From: an uncultured Gammaproteobacteria bacterium | GTDB lineage: Bacteria; Patescibacteriota; Patescibacteriia; Magasanikbacterales; UBA922 | Direction: 5' to 3' | Length of the DNA stretch: 64,000 bases | Assembly (NCBI GenBank): GCA_964345045.1 | Contig: CAYFPM010000003.1 | Location: forward strand, 6,038-70,037 | Part shown: positions 1-9,012 of the stretch, in pieces | Position numbering within the stretch: position 1 is the stretch's first letter | Layout: each line of letters opens with the position of its first letter | The notes under the pieces: model-generated | The model's database searches: none | Seen by the model: the letters and a program-made list of their open reading frames with translations, nothing else | What the model was told of the DNA's origin: nothing | Program-made: the position numbers and the translations under genes

Positions 1-12
1 TATAAAATTGAT

Positions 13-354
13 TTAATGCTTTAATGATCTTGTGCTTTTTTGAAGTGCTTTTCTTCGTACTACCTTCGTTACATCTCTATTTATTTTTTCTATTTTTATA
101 TGAAGCTTAAAAATTAAGAAAAATAAAACCGCAATTGAGATATAAATTACCAAATCTGAACCACGACCAATCCCAATATTGTCGGCAATTAGCTGAGTAC
201 TATTTGGCCACACTACAGCCACAGCAACAAGCACCCAAAACAAAGACCAAAACAAAGCTCCGGACAAGCTAAGAATACCGTCCTTTTTTCTTTTGAAAAC
301 GTTTACAATTGCGAATAGTGCAAATAAAACGAATAAAGTTTGGAACGCGAACAT
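13..354 (-). CDS. small 3-TM membrane protein, DUF2304-like (typically partnered with a GT2)
   Basis: 113 aa with three hydrophobic helices, immediately upstream (same strand) of a GT2 gene. Family assignment is from memory of architecture only. Confidence 0.35.
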   Translation of the reverse strand: MFAFQTLFVLFALFAIVNVFKRKKDGILSLSGALFWSLFWVLVAVAVVWPNSTQLIADNIGIGRGSDLVIYISIAVLFFLIFKLHIKIEKINRDVTKVVRRKALQKSTRSLKH

Positions 355-406
355 AATAATAAAAATTTAAAATACTAATCAACCAATAAACTAATTAACT
401 AAACAC

Positions 407-1066
407 CTAACTAACATACTTACCAAACCAAAGATCTTTTATAATTTCAAACGCTCCTCTCCCCTTTTGTCCATATTCACTATAAGACACCTGCACTGGA
501 AATTCAACCACCTCTAAATTGTGCTTTTTGGCCAAAATTGGAATTTCACTAGCGTGAGCCATTCTATTTTGGGTAATTATAATCGAATCCAAAGCTTTTT
601 TATTCAAAATACGAAAACCATTGTGAGCATCGGTATGATCCAGACCATGAAAAATTTTGTGAAATAATCTTGCCAAAGGATGAATAAAATATTTTTTAAA
701 CCAAGGCATACTAGAGTTGCCCCCCAAAAATCTAGAACCAAACAAAATATCTGCTTGACTAGATTTTAATTTTTCCAAAGCTGGCTTAATATCGCTCACC
801 GCAAATTGATTATCTCCATCAAAATGAAGCACATACCCTGCTCCCAAATTTCTGGCATACTCATGACCTGTTTCTATAGCAGCTCCTTGACCACGATTAA
901 TTTGGTGAGAAATAACTATGGCTCCAGCTTCTTTTGCCAACGTTGGGGTCTGGTCGAGGGAAGCATCGTCCACCACAATTACTTTATCGACATGATCAAA
1001 AAGGCTCCGCACTACGGAACCTATGTTCTTTTCTTCATTGTAAGCTGGCACAATCGCTACAAACAT
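407..1066 (-). CDS. family-2 glycosyltransferase (polyprenol-phosphate sugar transferase-like)
   Basis: N-terminal VAIVPAYNEEKNIG...VVDDASLD motif typical of the GT2 DXD region. Confidence 0.8.
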   Translation of the reverse strand: MFVAIVPAYNEEKNIGSVVRSLFDHVDKVIVVDDASLDQTPTLAKEAGAIVISHQINRGQGAAIETGHEYARNLGAGYVLHFDGDNQFAVSDIKPALEKLKSSQADILFGSRFLGGNSSMPWFKKYFIHPLARLFHKIFHGLDHTDAHNGFRILNKKALDSIIITQNRMAHASEIPILAKKHNLEVVEFPVQVSYSEYGQKGRGAFEIIKDLWFGKYVS

Positions 1067-1231
1067 GTATTTAATTTTAAATTTGTAATTTTAAATTTTA
1101 AAACTTTGTTTAAACAAATGCCTTAATCTAATGTGAAATTGCTACGATTTTTTTGAAGATGCTTTGCAATGAAAGAAACAGCCTAAATATTATCTAGCTA
1201 TTGCCTACACCCTACTCCCTAATCCCTAGTT

Positions 1232-2248
1232 TTACTTAAACTGCAAAACTTCTTTGTTGGCTATGGCGTAATCAATAGTTTTTCTTAGTCCATCTTGGAC
1301 TCTTACCAATGGGATCCAACCAAGCATCTCTTTGGCACGACGCAAATCTGGAATACCTTTAGCTGTTAAAAAAACCAATGGATCTTCGTATACAATTTTT
1401 GAACTTGATCTAGTCATCTGGATAATGGCATCTGCAATGTCCGACATTTTAAAAATTTGATCAGAACCCAAATTGATCAAAGATACTTGAGGCCCAGTGT
1501 GCATCAATTTAACCAATCCGTCAACCATATCGGACACATAACACAAAGTCTGATCCATATCTCCATCACCATAAATTACCAAATCTTTACCTTCCAAAGC
1601 ATTTAAAATAAAATCTGGAATTAAATGGCCGTCTCGCAAACGCATTCTAGGACCATAGGTGGTAAAAACTCGACCGATTTTGGCATCTATCCCGTAAACT
1701 TGTTTGTACGTAGCTACACAAGTTTCGGCAAACCGTTTGCCCTCGTCGTAGCAACCACGTGGCGAAAGATGATCTACAATACCCTCGTCTGTTTCGGCAA
1801 AGATTCTTCTCTCTGGAGTAGCCGGACCATATACTACAGAACTAGAACTAAAAACATATTTTGATCTATATTTCACAGCCAAATCCAAAGTAGAAATCAT
1901 CGAGCTAGAATTTGCCCACAGAGAATTCATTTTCTTGGCTTCGAAATTTTTGGGGCTGGTGGGACAAGCCAAGTGATAGATTTCTTGTACTCCTTGATAC
2001 TTTACACCAAATTTATCCAATTCATCGAAATCATCTAGATTTATAGGTTTGTTTACATCGTATTTTATAAATTCAAAATCTGGGTATTGCAACAAATGAT
2101 CTATATTTTGGATAGTAGAGCTAGAAAGATCATCCATACAAATTACCTTGGCTTCTTTCAACAGTCTTTCGCAAAGATGAGAACCCAAAAAACCGGCACC
2201 TCCGGTGACCAAAACATTTTTCTTTTGAAAAATTGGATTATCTTCCAT
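1232..2248 (-). CDS. NAD-dependent epimerase/dehydratase, UDP-glucuronate decarboxylase (UXS)-like
   Basis: VLVTGGAGFLGSHL Rossmann motif and extended SDR length of 338 aa. Confidence 0.7.
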   Translation of the reverse strand: MEDNPIFQKKNVLVTGGAGFLGSHLCERLLKEAKVICMDDLSSSTIQNIDHLLQYPDFEFIKYDVNKPINLDDFDELDKFGVKYQGVQEIYHLACPTSPKNFEAKKMNSLWANSSSMISTLDLAVKYRSKYVFSSSSVVYGPATPERRIFAETDEGIVDHLSPRGCYDEGKRFAETCVATYKQVYGIDAKIGRVFTTYGPRMRLRDGHLIPDFILNALEGKDLVIYGDGDMDQTLCYVSDMVDGLVKLMHTGPQVSLINLGSDQIFKMSDIADAIIQMTRSSSKIVYEDPLVFLTAKGIPDLRRAKEMLGWIPLVRVQDGLRKTIDYAIANKEVLQFK

Positions 2249-2287
2249 ATAGCAAATTATATCACAAGAAAATGGTGAAAGGTAACT

Positions 2288-4261
2288 CTAGTTTGCAAAC
2301 ACCTTCAAATTATTACCAGAAAATTTTATAGTTTCTAATTTTTTAGCTTTTCTATTCCAAACTCGAATGTCTTGATCCCCAGTTTTGGGTGCTACCACAA
2401 TATCGTCCGATCCATCCATATTGTAATCTCCTACCAATAGATCTACTCCTCTAGTATAGGTAGTCCCATAAGAGAAAAACTTTCGCAGTAACCGACCATT
2501 TTCATTGTAAAAAACCAAATAAGGAGTTTCTCCCTTTGCTGCGGCTAGCACATACTCGTCGATTCCATCGCCATTTATATCTCCAGATTCTATCAAAGCT
2601 CTATTTTTTACAAAATCCAAATCTTTTTTAAACTTTATATTTTTTTCAGCATCAAAATGATACAGAGAAACCACTGAATTTAATTTGTAAACTGCCAAAA
2701 CTTGATCTAGCCCTCCTATAATATTGTAAACAGAACTGTTAACTCCGCCATGTCTTTGGCTTATTTTGTTTTCATCTAATTTTTCACCACTTAGACTATA
2801 TACGCTATACACAATATCCGAGGCATAATCTGGAGAGACAATTATCTCTTCTGCCTCGTCTCCATAAACATTTCCTACAGAAAAATTTTGCTTACCAAAA
2901 GATTCTATTGTCCAACTGTTTCGAAAAGCCCAATCTTTGTTATAAAAACTAACTTTGGCTGTATCTTTATTTGTTTGCTCAATTGTCACATAGCCATCTT
3001 TGGTGGCAGCCACATCATCTATATTTTTCAAGATACTAGATTGGTTTTTGGTTAAATTTTTTGAATACTTTTTGTTAATAATTTCTCCGGTATTTAAATC
3101 GGTAATATTTATAGAATGCAAAGTCTTGGTATTGGAAATTTGAGACAAAGCAAAATCAACGACTTTGTTTATTTGCAAAAGCCCAGCTCCATAAAAATTT
3201 TCATAAGCTTCTACATCTGCCGGAGGAGTTCTATGTACATTGTCCAAAATAGCACTATAAATTTGGTCTGGTCCCCAACTAGGTTGGATAGATTTGACCA
3301 AGGCGGCTGTACCTGCCACAAATGGAGCTGCAAAAGATGTTCCTTTCCAACCACCACCGTATTTTTCGGTCAAACCATACCTAGGAGCATAACGCATGGT
3401 GCTAGCAATATTTACTCCCGGAGCAGTAATATCTATACAATTGGAACCTACATTGGAAAAAGGAGCCAAATAATGATCTTCTCCAATAGCACTAACCCCC
3501 AAAACCCACTGTTTATCTACATAAGAATCTGCACAAATTGGATAAACAGGAGATATATTTAGAGCCAATCTATTGTTGCCAGACGCAGCCACTACTACCA
3601 CACCATTGTCATAGGCATATTTGATAGAATCTCTTACTCCATCGTCTACATCTCCAACCAAACTAATATTTATAACATCGGCCCCATTGTCTACCGCATA
3701 TCGAATAGCATAAGAAAGTGGTTTAAGGTCTCCTACTCCAGCCTGCTCCAAAGCTTTTACATTCATTAATCGAACCTGCCAATTTACCCCTGCCCCACTA
3801 TTTAGATTGTTGCCCACAGCTCCTACAATTCCGGCAACCAGTGTACCATGATGAATACTATCTTCTACAGCCGATTGTATAGTTACCCGTGGTCTAGGAT
3901 CATTGTCCCCTTTTAATTCTTCTGGTTCAAACAATCCATTGCCATTTTCATCTTTGCCAGAAAAATCCCAGCCCCAAACATCGTCTATATAACCATTGTT
4001 ATCATCGTCTATATTATTGTCTGGGATTTCATCTTCGTTTTTCCAGGCATTTGGAAATATATCCGGATGAAAGGTATCAAAACCATTGTCTACAATCGCT
4101 ACCACTACTTCTTTGCTACCAGTAGATTTTTCCCAAGCCTCAAAAGCTTTTATATCTTCGTATGGCCATTTTTTGGACAAATCCGGGTCATTTGGCACTA
4201 GAGCATTTACAGACGTCGGCAAGGCCAAAATAATGGCTAAAAATAGATAAATTTTTTTCAT
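2288..4261 (-). CDS. secreted subtilisin-like S8 serine protease with C-terminal FG-GAP/VCBS-like repeats
   Basis: Signal peptide MKKIYLFLAIILALPTSVNA. Catalytic triad contexts VAIVDNGFD, HGTLVAGIVGA and GTSFAAPFVAG. C-terminal DINGDGIDEYVL and GDYNMDGSDDIVV repeats. Confidence 0.8.
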   Translation of the reverse strand: MKKIYLFLAIILALPTSVNALVPNDPDLSKKWPYEDIKAFEAWEKSTGSKEVVVAIVDNGFDTFHPDIFPNAWKNEDEIPDNNIDDDNNGYIDDVWGWDFSGKDENGNGLFEPEELKGDNDPRPRVTIQSAVEDSIHHGTLVAGIVGAVGNNLNSGAGVNWQVRLMNVKALEQAGVGDLKPLSYAIRYAVDNGADVINISLVGDVDDGVRDSIKYAYDNGVVVVAASGNNRLALNISPVYPICADSYVDKQWVLGVSAIGEDHYLAPFSNVGSNCIDITAPGVNIASTMRYAPRYGLTEKYGGGWKGTSFAAPFVAGTAALVKSIQPSWGPDQIYSAILDNVHRTPPADVEAYENFYGAGLLQINKVVDFALSQISNTKTLHSINITDLNTGEIINKKYSKNLTKNQSSILKNIDDVAATKDGYVTIEQTNKDTAKVSFYNKDWAFRNSWTIESFGKQNFSVGNVYGDEAEEIIVSPDYASDIVYSVYSLSGEKLDENKISQRHGGVNSSVYNIIGGLDQVLAVYKLNSVVSLYHFDAEKNIKFKKDLDFVKNRALIESGDINGDGIDEYVLAAAKGETPYLVFYNENGRLLRKFFSYGTTYTRGVDLLVGDYNMDGSDDIVVAPKTGDQDIRVWNRKAKKLETIKFSGNNLKVFAN

Positions 4262-4382
4262 ATAAATAAATACAGCAGCCAGTGCAAAAACATTGACTTT
4301 TTGTTATAATTATGCTAATAATAAACAGCTTTATTATAATTTATAATCAAGCAAATTTCAATTTGTGAATAACATAATTATT

Positions 4383-4871
4383 ATGAAAGTAAAGATATTA
4401 GTAACTGGCGGAACTTTTGATAAAGAATACAATGAATTAAATGGATCTTTGTTTTTTAAAGATACCCACTTACCAGAAATGTTGTCTTTGGGTAGATCCA
4501 AAGTTCCTGTAGAAACCGAAATTCTTATGATGATAGATAGCCTAGATATGCAAGAAAATGATAGAGCTCTAATTATTGAAAACATCAAAAAAAGCAAAGA
4601 AGACAAAATTGTGATTACTCACGGGACTGATACTATGGTAGAAACTGCCAAAGCTATAGCTAGTAAAATAAAAGACAAAACAATAGTATTGGTAGGAGCC
4701 ATGATTCCTTACAAATTTGGTAGTTCCGATGGATTATTCAATCTAGGTTCGGCTCTAGCTTATGCCCAAACACTTCCAAACGGGGTATATATTTCTATGA
4801 ACGGTCTATATTTTTCACATGATAATTGTCGCAAAAACAAAGAGGCTGGTTATTTTGAAAAAATAAAATAA
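4383..4871 (+). CDS. short protein with the asparaginase N-terminal domain only
   Basis: ILVTGGTFDKEY and ITHGTDTMVETA match the two asparaginase N-domain motifs. The six-frame ORF starts with GTG at 4365; the ATG at 4383 is the likelier start. Only about 163 aa, so the C-terminal domain is absent. Confidence 0.5.
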   Translation: MKVKILVTGGTFDKEYNELNGSLFFKDTHLPEMLSLGRSKVPVETEILMMIDSLDMQENDRALIIENIKKSKEDKIVITHGTDTMVETAKAIASKIKDKTIVLVGAMIPYKFGSSDGLFNLGSALAYAQTLPNGVYISMNGLYFSHDNCRKNKEAGYFEKIK

Positions 4872-4876
4872 TTAAC

Positions 4877-6259
4877 ATGAAACTAATTTATAGAACAAAA
4901 CAAATTATATTGGCAATTGGAGATTTGCTTAGTTTTGTTTTTGGTTTTTGGTTGGCTCTCTTAGTAAGAAATTTGGAAACTCCCGAATGGAGCCAAATAG
5001 AACTCCATATTCCCCTATTTAGTTTGCTGTTTTTACTCTGGATAATTTTTAACTACATCAATGGTCTTTATGATCTAGAGAGAAACACCGGAGACCGATC
5101 TTTTTACAAAAATTTTGCCGAAACCACCGGCCTGTCTCTTTTGCTTAGTATTATTTTCTTCTACTTACTCAATTCAGTTATTGCTCCCAAAACAATTTTG
5201 CTTTTGAATATCTTGTTTGGCTATGGACTTAGCTTGGTTTGGAGAATTTTTTATAAAAAAACTTTTGCCGGCAAAGCCTTACTTACCAAAGTTCTAATGG
5301 TTGGTCACAGCGAAGAAGTAGACTTTTTGCTAGATATTACCAAACGCAGACCAGAAAAAGGTTATGAAATTGTGGCTCTGGTTGACCCCGAAACTACAGC
5401 CAACAAAAAATCTGGTGTCCCTGTTTATCACAATTTGGAAGAAATGAAAAAAATCATTGCCAAATATGGAATCGATCTAGTTATCATTGTGCCACATATC
5501 CAAAAAAACAAGGCTAGTGAAAAACAGATTTATGAACTACTTTTTACAAAAGTTCAAATTAGTGATTTGCCAACTTTTTACGAAATTATCACCGGCCGTA
5601 TCCCTCCTTCTACTTTTTCCGAAGGTTGGTTTTTGCAACACTTAACAAAAAAAGAAAAACCCCTCTATGACAAAGTGAGAATTATTATTGACTACTTTGT
5701 AGCTACAATATTATCTATTTTTGTTTTGGCTATCTTGCCGGTTATTGCCCTGCTTATAAAAATAACTTCCAAAGGTCCGGTTTTTATAAAACAAAAAAGA
5801 GTAGGACAAAATGGTCGTGAATTTGTCCTATACAAATTTCGTTCTATGTATACCTTGTCTGCCGATGGCAGTGCCGAACTTGGCGAAGTTCAGTTTGCCA
5901 CGAGAGGTGACAAACGTATTACCCCGATTGGCCGATTTCTTCGCAAAGCTAGAATTGATGAATTGCCACAAGTTCTGAACTTGCTAAAAAGAGACGTTAC
6001 TTTGATTGGTCCTAGACCCGAGAGACCAGAAATTGTTCGGGAACTTGAAAAAAACATGTCTTATTATCCTTTGCGTCATTTGGTGCGTCCAGGTTTAACT
6101 GGCTGGGCACTTATAAACCAAGGTTATACAGACGATTATGACAAATCTTTGCAAAAATTGCAGTATGATCTTTATTATATAAAGAATAGATCTTTTGCCC
6201 TAGACATAGTTATTTCCTTGCGTACTCTTAATGTTTTGCTAAGGTTGATGGGGCAGTAA
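4877..6259 (+). CDS. polyprenyl-phosphate glycosyl-1-phosphate transferase (WbaP/EpsL-like initiating sugar transferase)
   Basis: N-terminal TM helices. C-terminal bacterial sugar-transferase signature KRDVTLIGPRPERPE and DELPQVLNLLK. Confidence 0.85.
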   Translation: MKLIYRTKQIILAIGDLLSFVFGFWLALLVRNLETPEWSQIELHIPLFSLLFLLWIIFNYINGLYDLERNTGDRSFYKNFAETTGLSLLLSIIFFYLLNSVIAPKTILLLNILFGYGLSLVWRIFYKKTFAGKALLTKVLMVGHSEEVDFLLDITKRRPEKGYEIVALVDPETTANKKSGVPVYHNLEEMKKIIAKYGIDLVIIVPHIQKNKASEKQIYELLFTKVQISDLPTFYEIITGRIPPSTFSEGWFLQHLTKKEKPLYDKVRIIIDYFVATILSIFVLAILPVIALLIKITSKGPVFIKQKRVGQNGREFVLYKFRSMYTLSADGSAELGEVQFATRGDKRITPIGRFLRKARIDELPQVLNLLKRDVTLIGPRPERPEIVRELEKNMSYYPLRHLVRPGLTGWALINQGYTDDYDKSLQKLQYDLYYIKNRSFALDIVISLRTLNVLLRLMGQ

Positions 6260-6293
6260 AATTTTAATGTCCAATTACAAATTTTAAATTTTT

Positions 6294-6322
6294 AAACTAC
6301 TGAGCTGACACTCAGTTTTTTG
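6294..6322. terminator. A-tract/hairpin/T-tract terminator (AAACTACTGAGctgacaCTCAGTTTTTTG)
   Basis: ACTGAG/CTCAGT stem followed by a T6 run, directly after the stop of the 4877..6259 gene. Confidence 0.5.
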
Positions 6323-6408
6323 TTCTATAGACAAAGTTTTGACTTAAATAATTCGACTATCAATGCTAATAATTTTGCTCAATTTAGCTAAATTTTGACC
6401 AAAATGTC

Positions 6409-6437
6409 TTGACAAAAGGCATTTTTTATGTTATACT
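6409..6437 (+). promoter_or_regulatory. sigma70-like promoter (TTGACA, 17 nt spacer, TATACT)
   Basis: Consensus -35 and near-consensus -10 with 17-nt spacing. It lies about 140 nt upstream of the GC-rich gene at 6580. Confidence 0.45.
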
Positions 6438-6579
6438 GCTTTGTTAGTTTCTGCTTTTTCTTAAGTAGAAAAACGATTTAAAAATATAATTTTTGTGTTT
6501 TTGGATCGTTCTTTCTATAGCCTACAACCTGGGGGTATCCCCCATTCAATCAACAGGGCTTTGCCCAAAGGAGCAAGAG

Positions 6580-7650
6580 ATGCGAAACTTCGCGCTCGTC
6601 ATCGCCATTCTGATCACGTGTGTCGCCACCATCAGTGGCTGCACCAAGAACAAGACCGAGGAGAAGCAGAAGTCGATCACCACTTCTGAGAGCTACTTCG
6701 GAGGTGACTGGCTTTCCGCAGTCCCCGACTGCGATCCCCTGAACGCAGCCATCAACCCCGATGCCATGGAGGTCGAGGACGGGATCGACAACAACTGCAA
6801 CGGCCTCATTGACACGGCCGAGTTGTCGGTCGACGTCCTCACCGACATCGAGAGACTCGGGGAGGTGCGCAAGCGCTTCTTCGACAGTGCCTTTGTCCGC
6901 AATGGCCCCCCGAAGGAGGAGGACGGCTGCTACAGCGGAAGAGCCTTCATTCGGGCCCTCTGGGCCATGGCCACCGACGAGAAGAGCGTCAAGAACGCCT
7001 CCGGCCTGGTCGGCGAGGCCTACAACGTCGAACTCAAGCTTGTGCAGAATGCCGATCTCTCTTCCAAGGACTGGGAGGAGATCTGGTACCAGACCGCGAA
7101 GCACATGCTCCCGGAACTGGTCGCCTATTGCGAGCCCACGCTCGACGTGGGCAACATGAGGTTCACGGCCACTTCGACGGGTAGCGGAGGCTTCCACGAA
7201 GTCTACTGGCAGATGAACGAGCTGGAGCTCGTTCACAAGCTCTACCCGGGCACGGAGAGCCCAGAGGACGCGGCCGAGACGATCGTACTCTTCGGGAACC
7301 TGCCGTACCCGATGAGCCCTGACAAATATCGCCACTACCACGAGCTTTCAAAGGTGGTCTTCCGCCACCTGGTCGAACTCAAGCAGAAAGGGAAGGACGA
7401 CTTGCCCTACCTCATGAAGTTCTTCCCGGTCGGAGATGGTTCGCCATCCGATTGGATCGGGCCGACACTCGAAGAGAAACTCTGCAAGGAAACGGACCGC
7501 ACCATCGAGGAGCGGGAAAAGTTCCTCGCCGTCGTGAGACGCCGTGTGAACAACAACGTCCTGTTTCAAAAGATCCGAGACAGGGACGACGGCAGTCCGA
7601 CATTCCCGCCGAACATGTCGGTAGAAGACTACTGCCGAGTGTGGAAGTAG
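6580..7650 (+). CDS. GC-rich predicted lipoprotein with a MopE-like Cys/Asp putative metal-binding motif
   Basis: RBS AAGGAG then ATG at 6580. Lipobox VATISGC. Motif DCDPLNAAINPDAMEVEDGIDNNCNGLID resembles the C-x-D-x-N-A-x-x-P-G-A-x-E-x-C-D-G-x-D-N-x-C-x-G repeat common in Myxococcota proteins. Strong GC and codon-usage contrast to flanks. Confidence 0.6.
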   Translation: MRNFALVIAILITCVATISGCTKNKTEEKQKSITTSESYFGGDWLSAVPDCDPLNAAINPDAMEVEDGIDNNCNGLIDTAELSVDVLTDIERLGEVRKRFFDSAFVRNGPPKEEDGCYSGRAFIRALWAMATDEKSVKNASGLVGEAYNVELKLVQNADLSSKDWEEIWYQTAKHMLPELVAYCEPTLDVGNMRFTATSTGSGGFHEVYWQMNELELVHKLYPGTESPEDAAETIVLFGNLPYPMSPDKYRHYHELSKVVFRHLVELKQKGKDDLPYLMKFFPVGDGSPSDWIGPTLEEKLCKETDRTIEEREKFLAVVRRRVNNNVLFQKIRDRDDGSPTFPPNMSVEDYCRVWK

Positions 7651-7798
7651 GTTCCCCACCATCTTTTCTGTGCCATAGGGTGCACAGATCGCAGAAGATG
7701 TAAAACATTCACAACCCAAACAAGGAGATCCCCATGTGCAACTGCGATGTGCCTGGGAACCAACTATTATTTTTACAAAGTTAAAAATAATTGAGGAC

Positions 7799-7829
7799 AA
7801 AAAAACTGAGTTAGTACTCAGTTTTTTTG
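7799..7829. terminator. A-tract/hairpin/T-tract terminator (AAAAAACTGAGTtagtACTCAGTTTTTTTG)
   Basis: Perfect 8-bp stem, 4-nt loop, T7 run; A-tract upstream makes it potentially bidirectional. Confidence 0.5.
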
Positions 7830-7841
7830 TTTAATTAATTC

Positions 7842-7958
7842 CTCCCCTATTAGGGGAGGCTAGCCCGCCTGCCTTGCTTCCCGATTTATCGGGATGCGGG
7901 CAGGGTGGGGTCAAATCGTCTACCAGCCCCCCTCTGTCTCCCCCTAATAGGGGGAGAA
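7842..7958. repeat. palindrome-bounded intergenic element (CTCCCCTATTAGGGGAG ... GC-rich hairpin ... TCTCCCCCTAATAGGGGGAGA)
   Basis: Two near-perfect palindromes in mutual inverted orientation enclose a structured GC-rich core (cccgat/atcggg and cctgcc/ggcagg pairings). The same boundary sequences recur at 41921 and 42342 around a DUF559 gene. Confidence 0.5.
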
Positions 7959-7979
7959 CTTTATTTCAATTTTTCGAAT

Positions 7980-8912
7980 CTACCCAATCCCCCACAATTC
8001 CTTCATCTGTTTTATCCCTTCTTCCAAATTAATCTTTGGCTCCCAGCCAAGCATTTCTTTGGCTCTGGTGTTGTCTGCTCTGGCATAGCGTGGATCTCCT
8101 GCTCTAGGATCTATGTTTGTAGTTGGTCCACCAATCAACTCAGCCAGTTGATTGACTGAGTATGGACTATTGTTTCCAATATTTATCATTTCCCCTTTGC
8201 CAACTTTGTCACTAGTCATAGCCAAGATATTGGCTTCTACAGCATCGTCTACATGAGTATAGTCACGGAAGTATTCTCCATCTCCACAAATAGTCATAGA
8301 TTCACCATTTTGCAATTGGCGCAAGAACTTGCCAATTACTAGGGCATAAGCTCCTTCCGGATCCATGTGCGGACCATAAATATTAAAATAACAAAGTGAA
8401 ACCGTTTCTAATCCATAAAGACTAGAAAAAAGTCGGCAGTATTCTTGACCAGCCAATTTTTGCAAAGCATAGGGGCTAAGCGGATTCTTCTTCATATTTT
8501 CTTTTAGAGCAATTGGTTCGTCTGATCCATAGACCGAAGAAGAAGTAGCAAATATAACTCTTTTTACTCCAGCATCTTTGGCAGAAAGAAGCACATTAAG
8601 AGTTCCATTCAAGTTGTGATCATTGGTAATATCCGGATGCTCAACAGAATAAGGTACCCGTGGCACAGCCGCTTCGTGAAAAACACCATCAACTCCTATT
8701 ACTGCTTTTTTGACATCTTCCAAATTTCTTATATCTCCTTCTATATATTCCACACCGTCAATTTTTCTTTCTGGAAATTTTTCAAAATCTCCAGCCGAAA
8801 AATTATCAAGCACGCGCACATCATGTCCGTCACGCTTTAATCTTTTTACAATGTTGGTACCGATAAACCCGGCACCGCCTGTTACTAAGTATTTCATATT
8901 TTTTTTAGTCAT
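7980..8912 (-). CDS. NAD-dependent sugar nucleotide epimerase (GalE/WbpP-like)
   Basis: MKYLVTGGAGFIGTNIV Rossmann motif, about 310 aa SDR-type epimerase. Confidence 0.8.
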   Translation of the reverse strand: MTKKNMKYLVTGGAGFIGTNIVKRLKRDGHDVRVLDNFSAGDFEKFPERKIDGVEYIEGDIRNLEDVKKAVIGVDGVFHEAAVPRVPYSVEHPDITNDHNLNGTLNVLLSAKDAGVKRVIFATSSSVYGSDEPIALKENMKKNPLSPYALQKLAGQEYCRLFSSLYGLETVSLCYFNIYGPHMDPEGAYALVIGKFLRQLQNGESMTICGDGEYFRDYTHVDDAVEANILAMTSDKVGKGEMINIGNNSPYSVNQLAELIGGPTTNIDPRAGDPRYARADNTRAKEMLGWEPKINLEEGIKQMKELWGIG

Positions 8913-8986
8913 ACTGAGCGGAGCGCAGCGGAGTCGAAGTATCCCGTTTATAACGAACGAGATCCTTCGCTAGCGCTCAGGATGAC
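8908..8986. repeat. MITE-like hairpin repeat with GTCAT(A/C)CTGAGCG terminal inverted repeats
   Basis: Left arm GTCATACTGAGCGGAGCGCAGCGGAGTCGAAG, right arm CCTTCGCTAGCGCTCAGGATGAC. Member of a family also present at 13035, 14023 and 46265. Confidence 0.5.
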
Positions 8987-9012
8987 TACACTTAAGACAA
9001 TTAATTTTCAAG

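Noticed and set aside
806-3562. Antisense ORFs within low-GC genes (806..1126 +, 1625..1864 +, 3116..3562 +, and similar ones throughout)
   Set aside because: Opposite-strand frames of confidently assigned genes; hydrophobic/low-complexity AT-rich translations.
6495-7800. Multiple overlapping ORFs on both strands inside island A (for example 6550..7341 -, 6761..7159 +, 7163..7351 -, 7348..7800 -)
   Set aside because: Typical shadow frames of a GC-rich coding region; they lack RBS or start context and overlap the well-supported lipoprotein frame.
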